Shown: positions 17,126 to 28,443, counted from the stretch's first letter. The stretch is 64,000 nucleotides of DNA from Myxococcota bacterium (GCA_963676915.2 CAXXVK010000030.1:1-64000), one strand, 5' to 3'. Numbers and translations: made by a program. Notes: generated from the sequence alone by a model not told the origin.

Positions 17126-19684
17126 TTACTTGCTACCGGAAGCTTCAAGTTCGAAGCAAAGCTCCGTTTGATCCAACGTTGTACTTGCAAAACGGTAGGT
17201 CGTTGCACCTTCCCATGTGGAAGTGGTTGTAACGGTTGCATCCGTCTCTTCTCCACATACTCCGACACGGGCGACGGTCCAGCTCTCATCCGAACCCACA
17301 TACGCCATTTGCGCCACATAGCCGGAAGCCTTATCGCTCGCCAGTTTGATACGAACGCCGTCGGTCAGGCTTTCTACGGTCAGGGTTATACGGGAGTCCT
17401 CCAAGCGAAGGTTTTCCACCGTGAACGAAGGCCAGTCGTTGGGTAAGTGAATGGCGAAATCTACTGTCTTTTCACGGGCATCCGGTTCGAAACCGGTCAG
17501 ATATTGCTGCATCGCTTCCCCGACGATCGCACCTTCCCACGACCGGTACTTGCCCCAGATTTCACCCGTCCGGCTACTGGGATCGTAAATGACCTGCAAC
17601 GATTTGTTGGGCTGATTGAAGGCATAGATTTCAGGATAATTGCCCGATGTCGTGGCGTAGATCGGTAAAGTATTGAAGACTCCTTCGGCGTAGCTGGCGT
17701 GCTCCATCGTTGACCAGCAATAGAGTTGGTATCCCAACGTCATTCCCACGGCCAGTCCGGAACTTACGTCAAACCCCATCAACTCTCCGGCACCCGCTTC
17801 GGCGGTTTGCATCACGCCATCTCCCACACCGATGCGCTTGTATACATTGAGCACGTTTTGCACGGCGCGTTCTTCATCCGGTGCGGCGTAACCCAGCCAA
17901 AACAGTTTCGTGTTGACATCCTCGCTTGGGAACTCGCTGGTTACCAGAGTTTCTTTGTCGATGAACGCCCCGTAATAACCTTTATCCTCCAGCCAGTATC
18001 GTTGCTCGATTCCTTCGCGTACCGGTTCGGCTAATTGCCTGAAATGCTCGGCATCCAGCCCTTCGGCCTGTGCCTTCTCGGCAGCTTCAGCCAATTGTTC
18101 CGTGGCGACGACATAAAGCAACGAACTGTTGAGGGAGTACGAATGGTCCTCCCAGACATACTGTGCGTCGTAACCGATATTCACGCCGTAACCCACACGG
18201 AACGTCTCGTCTCCCGACCATTCCATCAAGCCACCTTCGGAAATAGGTTGGCCATCGAGGGCGTGTTGCATCAAACGCCAGCGCTCTTTGATTCGTTCCA
18301 ACGAGCCGGTGTATTTCCAATCCGAAAGATAGTACAGCACCAGGTAACTCGGACCCTCCCCGGCCATCCGACCTGAAAACGGATGACTCTGACGTTCGGA
18401 CCAGTCCGGTTCCTCCGGTTCGGTATCCACGGTATAATTGCTTTCGTAAGCGTTGTTGATTCCGCCACGGATTTTGTTGGCCAGCCAGGAGTAATCCAGG
18501 ATCGCACGGGCGTCGTCCCATCCTCCCAGTTTATACAACCAGCGTAACGGCGGATAGGTATCCCGCTGCCACATGTTGGTATAGTGCGACATTTCCGAAA
18601 TCGAACCGTTTTCCGCCATCGAGCTTTTAACCGTCACCACCAGCGAATCGAACAAATCGTTGACGTAAGGGTCTGGGGTATCAAGAACAACCAGCCCGGA
18701 GCGCCAGGTTTTCCACGTTTCTTTGGTGGTTTCGAGCAAGGTATCCGGGTTGCTCAACGCCTGCTCGACTTCATCGAAGCGGCTGTCATCCTCGGCTTTG
18801 CAGTGTTCCGCCCAATCTTTTTCGAATCGCGTCAGGAAAGCCAACGTCGTTTCGGTAGAACTCTTGGCTTCTACTGTGGGAAGATCCGTAAACAACGTGC
18901 GGGTATCGTCGAGCGTTTCCTGAGTATTCGTGCCATTCAAGAATTTCAACCGCATACGCTGATGGTGACGCACGACTTCCCAGGTTTCGGTTTTGGTTGC
19001 GTCAGGAGCCGTGGCGGGAAATGCGGCAAGACGAAGCCCGTCGCGGGATGCGTCCGACCGGTTGATAACCTGAATCATCTGCACGAGCGCATTCGATGCC
19101 GCACCGACATCGCCCCAGGGCGCGAACGTCACGGTGACGACTTCCAAAGAGTCATCGAAAGACACGGCACGGGTCACATTGATTCCGGTTTCACGAATTC
19201 GCCAGGCGAGACCGGTCTTGAAGAACACTTCCGTTTCTCCATCGAAAAGCCTGACACCGACATCGGGAAACCATCCGGCAGACCCATCGGCCTGAAGGTC
19301 GGGACCGACGAATTCATGCACGGTGTGAATCGGGTCCGTGGTGCCTACAAAACCGAACACCCGGCCGTTGCTCGCGCCGAGATATCCCAACGCGGCGAGG
19401 TCGATATCATCAAAGCGGCTTGCCCTGTCGTAGCGCGTAATCCAGGTTACACGTTCATCGATGAGCCATGGGAAACGACTCGGCAAACCATCGTCTTCCT
19501 CAAGAGCAAGAATGGCGGAATCATCCGGTGTATCCCAAAGTTTTGCACTCGTCGTTTCGGTATCGTTTTCCTGCACTTCGCTATCGGTATCTCCACCGGG
19601 CGGAGTATCGTTGCTATCGGAAGAACACCCTATTAAAAGTAAACCCAATAACAGGCTCGCTATCCATCCCCATTGAAGTTTCAT
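17126..19684 (-). CDS. Lipoprotein with six-hairpin glycosidase-like (alpha/alpha)6 domain
   Basis: LIG-C lipobox. YTNMWQRDTY, YWLEDKGYYG, TTSGNYPE and a C-terminal FEPD..HLPNDWPSFTVENLRL beta-sandwich resemble GH15/63/65-like folds. Confidence 0.7.
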   Translation of the reverse strand: MKLQWGWIASLLLGLLLIGCSSDSNDTPPGGDTDSEVQENDTETTSAKLWDTPDDSAILALEEDDGLPSRFPWLIDERVTWITRYDRASRFDDIDLAALGYLGASNGRVFGFVGTTDPIHTVHEFVGPDLQADGSAGWFPDVGVRLFDGETEVFFKTGLAWRIRETGINVTRAVSFDDSLEVVTVTFAPWGDVGAASNALVQMIQVINRSDASRDGLRLAAFPATAPDATKTETWEVVRHHQRMRLKFLNGTNTQETLDDTRTLFTDLPTVEAKSSTETTLAFLTRFEKDWAEHCKAEDDSRFDEVEQALSNPDTLLETTKETWKTWRSGLVVLDTPDPYVNDLFDSLVVTVKSSMAENGSISEMSHYTNMWQRDTYPPLRWLYKLGGWDDARAILDYSWLANKIRGGINNAYESNYTVDTEPEEPDWSERQSHPFSGRMAGEGPSYLVLYYLSDWKYTGSLERIKERWRLMQHALDGQPISEGGLMEWSGDETFRVGYGVNIGYDAQYVWEDHSYSLNSSLLYVVATEQLAEAAEKAQAEGLDAEHFRQLAEPVREGIEQRYWLEDKGYYGAFIDKETLVTSEFPSEDVNTKLFWLGYAAPDEERAVQNVLNVYKRIGVGDGVMQTAEAGAGELMGFDVSSGLAVGMTLGYQLYCWSTMEHASYAEGVFNTLPIYATTSGNYPEIYAFNQPNKSLQVIYDPSSRTGEIWGKYRSWEGAIVGEAMQQYLTGFEPDAREKTVDFAIHLPNDWPSFTVENLRLEDSRITLTVESLTDGVRIKLASDKASGYVAQMAYVGSDESWTVARVGVCGEETDATVTTTSTWEGATTYRFASTTLDQTELCFELEASGSK

Positions 19685-19778
19685 CACCCGAACCCCTTTC
19701 AATCTTTTGTCACTGGTCGTTCATTGTATTCAAGCGGATTGATTATTGAAATGTTTTCTTTCAAGAAAGGCTTACTTG

Positions 19779-19980
19779 GGGTGCATCACAAAATGGTGCG
19801 AATTGGCCCAATAGTATTGAAGCATTCATTCATTTGGTTGTAGCGGCGAGGCGTAAGCCCGCCGAAAAGGGAGATTGGGGGCATAAAAGCAACTTTCAAA
19901 AGGCAAAAACGGCGGGCTTACGCCTCGCCGCTACGAAAAAAGAGCATTTTACGAAAGTCGCTATATTTTGTGATGCACCC
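19779..19980. mobile_element. MITE family A, copy 2 (202 bp)
   Basis: Perfect 16-bp TIR GGGTGCATCACAAAAT/ATTTTGTGATGCACCC. Flanks GCTTACTTG / TCTTACTTG (8 of 9 match). About 8 substitutions relative to copy 1. Confidence 0.9.
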
Positions 19981-20217
19981 TCTTACTTGATAAAGAGCAG
20001 GAAAATTGTACCAGTCAAAGAAACTTTCGGTTAAAAACCCAGATAATGACGCTCAATTGAGCGATTCCAACCTGCAACCACTTGCTTCCATGAAAGCCAT
20101 CTTGACAGGGCACCGACCAAACAGCACAATAGCTTCAGAATAAGTTTTCTTTTTCGGAACGATCCAAACGCAAACGATACGGATTTTCGCAAAAAACAAC
20201 GGAAATAGAGGATTTTT

Positions 20218-22207
20218 ATGGGTATCGCTACGGATATCATCCTTCTGATCGTCGCCGCCTTCGCCTGTGGCGTGGTGCTTCAAAAACTGGGGCAACCGTT
20301 GATCTTGGGATACATCGCCGCCGGATTCCTATTGGGACCGCATTCGGGAGGATTGACGGTCTCCAACACCCACGACATAGAACTTCTTTCCGAAATCGGC
20401 GTCGCTTTGCTGCTGTTCGCGTTGGGACTGGAGTTTTCGCTCAAAGATCTTCAGCCGGTAAAAAAAATAGCCCTTATCGGTACGCCGATCCAAATGGGTT
20501 TGACAATCGTTCTGGGATACGGAATCGGTACGGCCATAGGTCTGGAATGGACGCATGCCCTATGGCTAGGCGCGCTGATTTCGCTGTCGAGCACGATGGT
20601 GATTCTGAAAACCCTCATGAATCAGGGCTGGTTGGGAACATTGTCCAGCAAAGTGATGATCGGAATGCTGATCGTGCAGGATCTCGCCGTCATCCCACTA
20701 ATGATCATTCTTCCTCAGATGAGCGATCCCGGCGTAGGGTTGTCGGCATTGGGTATCGCCGTGGTGAAAGCGGCAGGATTTCTCGTGGGCATGATTCTAC
20801 TCGGCACTCGCCTGCTTCCGAAATTAATGGCCTATATCGCCCCGTCTCGGTTCCCGAGAATTGTTTTTACTGGCGATTACCGCGATCGGTTTGGGTATCG
20901 GCTATATCACGCATGTGGCGGGCTTGTCGTTCGCTTTCGGAGCCTTCGTGGCGGGTATGGTCTTGAGCGAATCCGATTTCGGACACCAAGCGTTGAGTGA
21001 CATCATCCCCCTTCGCGACTTGTTTGGGCTTTTGTTTTTCGCTTCCGTGGGAATGCTGCTCGATCCCGTTTTTCTGGTGAACCACATCCAACTGGTCTTG
21101 TTGCTGTTTTTGGCGATCAGTGTAGGTAAAGGGCTGATTTTTGCCTTTCTGGCCAGGGTTTTCCATTACGGAAACGTGATCCCTCTGGCCGTGGGATTGG
21201 GAATGTTCCAAGTCGGCGAATTCTCCTTTGTTCTTGCCAAGGTAGGCGTTTCCACCGGATCGATCGACAACGAACTGTATTCGCTCATGCTGACCACCGC
21301 GATTTTTTCCATGGCGTTGACACCGATGATTTCCGGCCAGACGGCCCGCCTTTACAAATTGAAAAAGCGTTTGTTCGACCATGAGGAGTTGGACACCCAC
21401 AACATACCCGAAGCCGGTCTGCACGATCATGTTGTCATCGCCGGAGGCGGAAAAGACGGTCTCCAGGTAGCTCGCGCCTTGAAAAAAACCGGCATTGTTT
21501 CGGTGATTGTGGAAATCGATCAAAGAAAGCTGGAACGCTACAAAACCGAAGAATTACCGGTCGTTTACGGAGATGCGGGAAACGAAATCGTACTGGAAGC
21601 GGCGAACATCGAAAGCGCACGACTGCTGGTTGTGACCGCCCAGGATATGGTTGCCGCACGGGAAATGATCGTTCATGCAAAGCGCATGAATCCTGACCTC
21701 GAAATCCTGGTCAAAGCATCCGATTCGGGGTTCCTTCCGGTTTTCGAGGAAATCGGAGCAAGCGGCGTGGTGCTGCCTGAATTCGAAACCGGACTGGAAC
21801 TGATTCGACAAGCATTGTTGCATTATCGGGTTCCGGTACCGGAAATCCAACGGCAGGCCGAGTCGATGCGCTGCGAGCTGTTCTCTCCGTTTCTTAAATC
21901 CAACGAAGGATACAGGACACTCCATCAACTGAGCAGCGCCGAAAGGCAATTCGAATTGCATTGGGTCTTTTTGGACGATGGAAGTGCTTTGACTCGTCGT
22001 TCGTTGAAAGAATCCGACGTACGCAACCGCACAGGGGCTTCCGTGGTTGCGGTATTGCGCAAAGAAACCCTTACGACAAACCCGGACGCGGATTTCCAGT
22101 TGGAAGCCGGGGATCACGTGGCGATTATCGGGACGGACACCGCCCACCGGGATTTTCTGGAATTGGCTCATTCCGTGGAGCTTGTAGGAGATCTCTCCGA
22201 AGCCTAG
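20218..22207 (+). CDS. CPA2-family cation:proton antiporter (Kef/YbaL-like) with TrkA-N and TrkA-C domains; one extra base at ~20840-20843
   Basis: [56 protein letters not shown]. Removing one C joins the two ORFs as [13 protein letters not shown]. Confidence 0.9.
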
Positions 22208-22350
22208 CCGGGGACGATAGCCTCACGAATCAAAAAATCCGAGTACTGTGCAAGCCATTAAGACACAGCCTTCCTCGCTCCACGCGTAAGACTATGGCAC
22301 AAGCAGTTTGTAAACCCCGAATTTCGCAAAAGCATTCGTTAGAACAACAC

Positions 22351-22377
22351 AAAAAACGCCTGGAAAATCCAGGCGTT
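22351..22377 (-). terminator. Intrinsic terminator after trxA
   Basis: AACGCCTGGA-AAA-TCCAGGCGTT hairpin with a T run on the minus strand. Confidence 0.7.
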
Positions 22378-22401
22378 GCATAAACCAGAATCGATGATGG
22401 A

Positions 22402-22725
22402 TTACAGGTGGCGATTGATGAAAGAAACCAACTGCTCTTTCGGAAGCGCTCCGACCTGCATTTCGGCCAGTTTGCCATCTTTGAAGATCATCAGGCTGGG
22501 AATCGAGCGAATCCGGTAGTTGACGGCAGTCTGCTGGTTTTCATCGGTGTTGAGTTTGACGAATTTCACCTTACCGTCGAATTCATCGGAAAGCTCCTCG
22601 ATCACCGGACCGATGAAACGGCAGGGACCACACCAGGGAGCCCAGAAATCCACGAGGGTGGGGATTTCGGACTTGAGGACTTCGGCTTCGAAATTGGCAT
22701 CCGTTACATGGGTTACGTTAGACAT
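22402..22725 (-). CDS. trxA: Thioredoxin
   Basis: VDFWAPWCGPC, IRSIP. Confidence 0.96.
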   Translation of the reverse strand: MSNVTHVTDANFEAEVLKSEIPTLVDFWAPWCGPCRFIGPVIEELSDEFDGKVKFVKLNTDENQQTAVNYRIRSIPSLMIFKDGKLAEMQVGALPKEQLVSFINRHL

Positions 22726-22899
22726 CGTAAAATCCTTTCGTTTCAAATTTCAATTCATCGTTCCAGTATTGAACTTTCAATGTACCAGAGACAAACGAGA
22801 CTGTCAGGTTTCAAAAAATGTAAGAGGTATTGAAAAAAAAGCAAGCGAGAAAATCCAAAACAGGGAGAAAGCCGCAAAAAACCTCGAAGGGAATGATTT

Positions 22900-23080
22900 A
22901 ACCCGAATAATTCATGAAAAACCTGCTACGACTTGAAAATCCTCGATCTTTCACTCGTTTCGCGATTTTTACTACTCAACAACCTGTCAAGGTTGCTTCC
23001 GTTTAAAAAGTCGCTCCAACTTCATGAAATATCATTGGTTTTCAGCGTCTCGCGACGATTTCTCATGAATTATCCGGGTT
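22900..23080. mobile_element. MITE family B, copy 1 (181 bp)
   Basis: TIRs AACCCGAATAATTCATGA / TCATGAATTATCCGGGTT (1 mismatch). Homologous copy at 54657-54835. Confidence 0.8.
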
Positions 23081-23169
23081 GATATCGTCGAAATTAGTAA
23101 GCGCTGAAAATCATTTGTTGCCGCCCCCTACCTCGGCTATAGTGAATCAGCAACATCAGCGGAGTCTTA

Positions 23170-26079
23170 ATGCGATCCTCGTATCGAACAATCCTGTTGT
23201 TCCTGACGTTCTTCCTATTCTTAACGAAGACGAGTTGGGCCTATCCGCCCGAACTGGAATGGCGCACGATCGAAACCGAGCATTTCCGCATCCATTACCA
23301 CGAAGGCACCGAGCGCCTCGCCGAACGTACTGCCCGCATGTCGGAGGCGATGTTCGACGAAATGGTCCCGTTGATGGACTGGGACCCCGGCTACAAACCG
23401 GAATTCACGGTGGTCGACCACACCGATTCTCCCAACGGCTGGGCCAATGTCATTCCGTACAGCCAATCGACCTTCTACGCCGTACCTCCCTCAACCAACC
23501 ATGCACTTAACGATTACGACGACTGGAAACGAGTGCTGATCATCCATGAATTCACGCACGTTCTTCAGTTGGACGTACGGCGCGGATTTCCCGCTTTGGT
23601 TCACATGGTCGGGGGTAAAACATTCCACCCCAACCAGATGTTACCCCGGTTTTATACCGAAGGCATGGCGCAATATTACGAATCCCATTTCACGGCAGGC
23701 GGACGAAACCGGTCCTCGACCTACGAAATGTACATGCGTATGGACATTCTGGAGGGCAACGAGCGCCGCTTGGATCAAATCACCGGAGACACCGCCCGCT
23801 GGCCGGGAGGCACCCTGGCCTATCTCTATGGCGCCAAATTCATGGCCTATCTTTCCGACCGCTATGGGGAAAAAACCTATGCTGCGATGAGCTACCTTCT
23901 CGGACAGATGCTCGTTCCCTATTCTCTGAGTGCATGGCTTCGCCAGGTCGGCGACATGGACTGGCCCGACCTCTATGACCAATGGATGACCGGCCTTAAA
24001 GCCCGATACCAAACGGAAATGGAACGACTCAAGGAACTAGGCCTGACTCCTGTAACCAAGCTTACAGACACAGGAGATTCTCATTGGGCCGGCAGGATCG
24101 ATCCCACAGGCCGCAAAATCCTGATGTTCCATGCCGACGCTTTGGAGTCTCCCAACTGGAAAATCTACGACCTCGAAACGGGCGACTCGGAAACCCTGCT
24201 CGAACTTCGCACCAATGGCGGAATCGACTGGGGACCGGACGGAACGGAACTGGTGTATTCCACCGTCTCTTATCCGGACCGCCGCCTGCCCTTCCACGAC
24301 CTGTATCTGTATGACATGAAAACCGGTCTCGGCAAGCAGATCACCTTCGACCGCCGAGCCAGGGAACCGGCATTTTCGCGAACGGGACGTCGTATTGCCT
24401 ACGTCAGTTATCAAACCGGCTTCTCCCACCTCGAAATCCTCGATCTCGACCGAAATAAAACAATTGAACCATTTGATCGAGAACGATTCGACCAGGTATT
24501 TGCTCCCACATGGTCCCCTGACGGGCGCTTGCTGGCTTTCGGTGGTTTCGAAGAAGGCGGTTTCAAACATATTTACCTTTACGACACACAAACCAAGGAA
24601 TTACGGCAAGTTACCCATACCGGAGCCATCAATTTCTATCCGTCGTTCAGTCCCGATGGCCGCACTCTGGTTTATTCCTCCGACCGGAGCGGAATTTTCA
24701 ACGCCTATGCCTACGATCTTGAACGCGGAACCACGCATCAGATGACCAACGTCCTCGCGGGTGTTTTCGGTCCTCAGATTTCACCCGATGGCCGCCGATT
24801 GTATTTCACCACGTATTCCTCGAACGGATACGATCTCGCCTATACCGATCTGGCCGACACATTCTGGATCGAAGAACCCGAAGCCATGGATATTCGGGTC
24901 AAATTCGAGCCGTTCGAACCTGAAATGCCCTATGTGGATCGGGATTATTCGCCCTTCCCCGCCCTCTATCCTCACCACTGGCGACCGGATTGGGGCCAGG
25001 ATCATGCAGGCGACACGCTGGGAATCTCCACCTATGCCACCGATCCGGCAGAGCGTCACAGTTGGAGCGCTGCCTTCGACTACGGCATTCAAAGCAAACA
25101 ACCCACCTTCGGAGTCGGCTATACGGCGAGAGTCTTTTACCCAACGATTTCCATGCGTTTCGCGCATACCTCCTATACGTTGCACAACGGAGGACGGAAA
25201 GACGGTGCAAAAATCGATCAGGACGAGTCGCGCTACTCCGGCGGCATGAGTTTTTCCTATTCCTTCCGAGGAACGGACAACCGTTTCGACGACATCCACG
25301 GCTACGCGCATAGTCTCTATATGAGCTATAATTTCAGATACTTACGCCTACTCAATTCCTATACGTACGAACCTTTGGAGGATGCACCCTCGTTCGTCGA
25401 TACCGGATTCCTGGGAAGCTTGAGTTTCGGATACAGCTATTCGAACCTGGAAGGACGCACGGGGTTTATCGGAGCCGCCAAAGGACGATCCTTTGGAGTT
25501 TCTTTAGGATTAAGCCACGACGTATTTGGCTCGGAATACAACGGAGCGAGTATTTACGGATCGTACAACGAATACATCCCCAACCCCTGGGTAGCCCACC
25601 ACTCGCTCGCCTTGCGAATCGTGGGTGGTATGGGAGCCTACGACTACCGCAACCGCCAAGTTTTTTACATCGGTGGTCCACCGGAACGCGATATCGTAGA
25701 CGACATCATCAAAGACGAGCGCCAGTGGGGAGATTATGTCCGAGGATACAAACCTTATTCCTTAAGTGGCGATAAATACATTCTCTTACGAAGTGAATAT
25801 CGCTTCCCGATCTGGAACATCGAGCGCGGCGTTTACACCCTGCCCCTTTTTTTCCGCCGAATTCACGCCGCTCCGTTCTTCGATATGGCCAGTATCTGGA
25901 CCAAAGATTTCACCACCGACAGCTTCGCTCCCGGCGTCGGAGGAGAGATTCGCCTGGACATGCTAACCGGCTATTTCGATCCTTTGACGCTCCGCGTTGG
26001 CTACATGGCCGGATTGAGCAAACACTATAAAGATGCTAGAAATAATACTATTTATTTCGGGCTGGATAACATATACTGA
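23170..26079 (+). CDS. Outer-membrane protein: metallopeptidase-like HExxH domain + PD40/TolB-like propeller + Omp85-like beta-barrel
   Basis: Signal peptide; TEHFRIHY, HEFTH..TEGMA; repeated PxWSPDG/SFSPDG; VRGY, SEYRFP, GVGGEIR and aromatic C-terminus. Confidence 0.85.
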   Translation: MRSSYRTILLFLTFFLFLTKTSWAYPPELEWRTIETEHFRIHYHEGTERLAERTARMSEAMFDEMVPLMDWDPGYKPEFTVVDHTDSPNGWANVIPYSQSTFYAVPPSTNHALNDYDDWKRVLIIHEFTHVLQLDVRRGFPALVHMVGGKTFHPNQMLPRFYTEGMAQYYESHFTAGGRNRSSTYEMYMRMDILEGNERRLDQITGDTARWPGGTLAYLYGAKFMAYLSDRYGEKTYAAMSYLLGQMLVPYSLSAWLRQVGDMDWPDLYDQWMTGLKARYQTEMERLKELGLTPVTKLTDTGDSHWAGRIDPTGRKILMFHADALESPNWKIYDLETGDSETLLELRTNGGIDWGPDGTELVYSTVSYPDRRLPFHDLYLYDMKTGLGKQITFDRRAREPAFSRTGRRIAYVSYQTGFSHLEILDLDRNKTIEPFDRERFDQVFAPTWSPDGRLLAFGGFEEGGFKHIYLYDTQTKELRQVTHTGAINFYPSFSPDGRTLVYSSDRSGIFNAYAYDLERGTTHQMTNVLAGVFGPQISPDGRRLYFTTYSSNGYDLAYTDLADTFWIEEPEAMDIRVKFEPFEPEMPYVDRDYSPFPALYPHHWRPDWGQDHAGDTLGISTYATDPAERHSWSAAFDYGIQSKQPTFGVGYTARVFYPTISMRFAHTSYTLHNGGRKDGAKIDQDESRYSGGMSFSYSFRGTDNRFDDIHGYAHSLYMSYNFRYLRLLNSYTYEPLEDAPSFVDTGFLGSLSFGYSYSNLEGRTGFIGAAKGRSFGVSLGLSHDVFGSEYNGASIYGSYNEYIPNPWVAHHSLALRIVGGMGAYDYRNRQVFYIGGPPERDIVDDIIKDERQWGDYVRGYKPYSLSGDKYILLRSEYRFPIWNIERGVYTLPLFFRRIHAAPFFDMASIWTKDFTTDSFAPGVGGEIRLDMLTGYFDPLTLRVGYMAGLSKHYKDARNNTIYFGLDNIY

Positions 26080-26192
26080 TTTTTCCGTTGGATTTCCCGC
26101 TTGTTCGTTCTGTTTCCCCGCTCCATTTACCGTTATTTTTACCTATAACCAAAAAAATGACGCAAGAAGTCAAAAAGGTCATTCAAACTGTA

Positions 26193-26221
26193 TTGACAAA
26201 GCTCTTTTACCGAACTAAGTT
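26193..26221 (+). promoter_or_regulatory. Sigma70-type promoter of the acyl-CoA ligase gene
   Basis: TTGACA-17 bp-TAAGTT. Confidence 0.6.
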
Positions 26222-26342
26222 CGACAAAGTTTTTGCCATGTGGTCGAAACATGTTTCTTTGATACTCTTCGATTGATCCTGTTCGCGTTCCAGTCATTTC
26301 GGCTACATTCCTAACGTTCCACTGAATGGAGAGAATCGCACT

Positions 26343-28442
26343 ATGTTGAAAGGTCTGCTGAATCCTGAGTCCATAGCCGTGATTGGCGCTTCGAAAAAGC
26401 CAGGAAAGGTTGGCAACGATGTGTTGAACAACCTTTTGGAAGGCGGTTTCGAAGGCTCGATTATTCCTATTAACCCAACTGCCGATGAAATTCTCGGCCA
26501 AAAGTGCTACCCGTCACTGAAAAAATACGGGAAGCAGGTGGAAATGTGTGTCATCACCGTTCCCGCCTTCGCCGCCAAGGATGCGGTGACCGATTCGGTC
26601 AACGCAGGTGCCAAAGCTGTTGTCGTCATTACGGCAGGTTTTAAAGAAGTCAGCGAAGAAGGCGCCTCCCTGGAAAAAGAAATCGCCGACATCTGCCGTG
26701 CGAAAAACGTTCGTCTGCTCGGTCCCAACGTTTTGGGTCTGATCAATACCTATCATAAGATGAACGCCTCTTTCGCCCACTACATGCCGGAGCCGGGTGG
26801 AATCTCGGTGATCTCGCAATCGGGTGCTGTATGTACGGCCATCCTAGACTGGGCCGCCTCGCGTCACCTCGGTCTGGCCAAACTCATCAGTATCGGTAAC
26901 AAAGCAGACATCACGGAAATCGACCTTCTCCGCGATCTGGGGGAAGACGATGAAACCAAAGTCATCGTCGCCTATCTCGAAAGCATCAGCGACGGCAAAG
27001 AGTTCATTCGTGTTGCCGAGCAGGTCACGACCAAGAAACCCGTGGTTATCTTCAAAGCCGGAACCACTGCCGCCGGCGTAAAAGCCGCCAGTTCCCACAC
27101 CGGTAGTCTTGCCGGTACGGACATGGCCTACGGTGCAGCATTCCAGCGCTCGGGTGTAATCCGCGCCGAAACGTTTGAACAACTCTTCGATTTTTCGACG
27201 GCCCTGGCCATGCAGCCCATGCCGAGAGGCAAACGGGTAGCCATCGTAACGAACGCCGGTGGCCCTGGAATCATCGCCGCCGACTCCGTGGAAAACGCCG
27301 GGCTGGAAGTCGCCGAACTGGATTGGCAGACCGCCGCAGCCCTCAAGCAGAAACTTCCCGATGCCGCAAGCGTCGGTAACCCCATCGACGTGCTCGGCGA
27401 TGCCGACCCGGATCGCTACCGGCTCGCCATCACCGCCGCCATGGAAGCGGATACGGTAGACGCCGTGATCGTCATCCTGACACCTCAGGCCATGACGAAA
27501 CCCGCCGAAACCGCCAAAATGATTGCAGGCTGCTCGACCGGCAAAAAGCCGCTCTTGGCTTGCTTCATGGGTGGCCGGGACGTTATCCCCGCGCGACGGG
27601 AACTGGTACAACACAACCTCCCCGACTACAACTCTCCCGAACGCGCCGTCGCTTCGTTGAAGGCCATGCGCAACTACGCTGCGTGGCAGGATCGTCCACC
27701 GCGCATCGTGACCCGCTTCCCCGTCAACCGCCGCCGTGTGGCTCGTTTGATCAACCGGCACATCCGTATGGGTCAAGCGCAAATCGGCGAAATCGACGCG
27801 AAAAAGATTCTCGACGCGTACGACTTCATCGTCCCCAAAGGAGCGATCTGTCAGTCCGCCGAGGAAGCGGTAGAAGCCGGGAACCAGTTCGGATTTCCGC
27901 TGGCAATGAAAATCTACTCGCCTGATATCATTCATAAATCCGATGTCGGAGGCGTAAAACTCAACCTACAAAGCGCCGAACAGGTTCGTGACGCTTTCGA
28001 TCTGATGATGCTACGAATCGGCCGAGCCTTCCCCGATGCAAGACTCGATGGGGTATACGTCGAAACCATGGCCCCAAGAGGCCGGGAAGTGATCGTCGGT
28101 ATGCACCGCGATCCCCAATTCGGACCGATGTTGATGTTCGGTCTGGGCGGAATTTTCGTGGAAGTGATGAAAGACGTCACCTTCCACCTCGCCCCGATCA
28201 CCGAGGAAGAAGCCATGCAGATGCTTAGAGGAACCCGTTCCTTCAGCCTGCTCAAAGGCGTTCGCGGTCAAACCGGTGTCGATATGCGCGCCATCGCCAA
28301 AGGCTTGCAACATGTAAGTCAGTTGGCTACGGATTTCCCGCAAATCACCGAACTCGACATCAATCCCTTTATCGTTGGCTCTATCGGCGTAGACGCCGTG
28401 GCTGCCGATGCACGTATCACCATCCAAATCGACGAGAAATAA
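26343..28442 (+). CDS. Acetate/acyl-CoA ligase (ADP-forming), fused alpha-beta
   Basis: AVIGAS, GPNVLG, ISQSG, SIGNKAD, phospho-His motif SSHTGSLAG, TNAGG, NPID and ATP-grasp HKSDVGGV..FGLGG..ELDINP. Confidence 0.92.
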   Translation: MLKGLLNPESIAVIGASKKPGKVGNDVLNNLLEGGFEGSIIPINPTADEILGQKCYPSLKKYGKQVEMCVITVPAFAAKDAVTDSVNAGAKAVVVITAGFKEVSEEGASLEKEIADICRAKNVRLLGPNVLGLINTYHKMNASFAHYMPEPGGISVISQSGAVCTAILDWAASRHLGLAKLISIGNKADITEIDLLRDLGEDDETKVIVAYLESISDGKEFIRVAEQVTTKKPVVIFKAGTTAAGVKAASSHTGSLAGTDMAYGAAFQRSGVIRAETFEQLFDFSTALAMQPMPRGKRVAIVTNAGGPGIIAADSVENAGLEVAELDWQTAAALKQKLPDAASVGNPIDVLGDADPDRYRLAITAAMEADTVDAVIVILTPQAMTKPAETAKMIAGCSTGKKPLLACFMGGRDVIPARRELVQHNLPDYNSPERAVASLKAMRNYAAWQDRPPRIVTRFPVNRRRVARLINRHIRMGQAQIGEIDAKKILDAYDFIVPKGAICQSAEEAVEAGNQFGFPLAMKIYSPDIIHKSDVGGVKLNLQSAEQVRDAFDLMMLRIGRAFPDARLDGVYVETMAPRGREVIVGMHRDPQFGPMLMFGLGGIFVEVMKDVTFHLAPITEEEAMQMLRGTRSFSLLKGVRGQTGVDMRAIAKGLQHVSQLATDFPQITELDINPFIVGSIGVDAVAADARITIQIDEK

Positions 28443-28443
28443 T

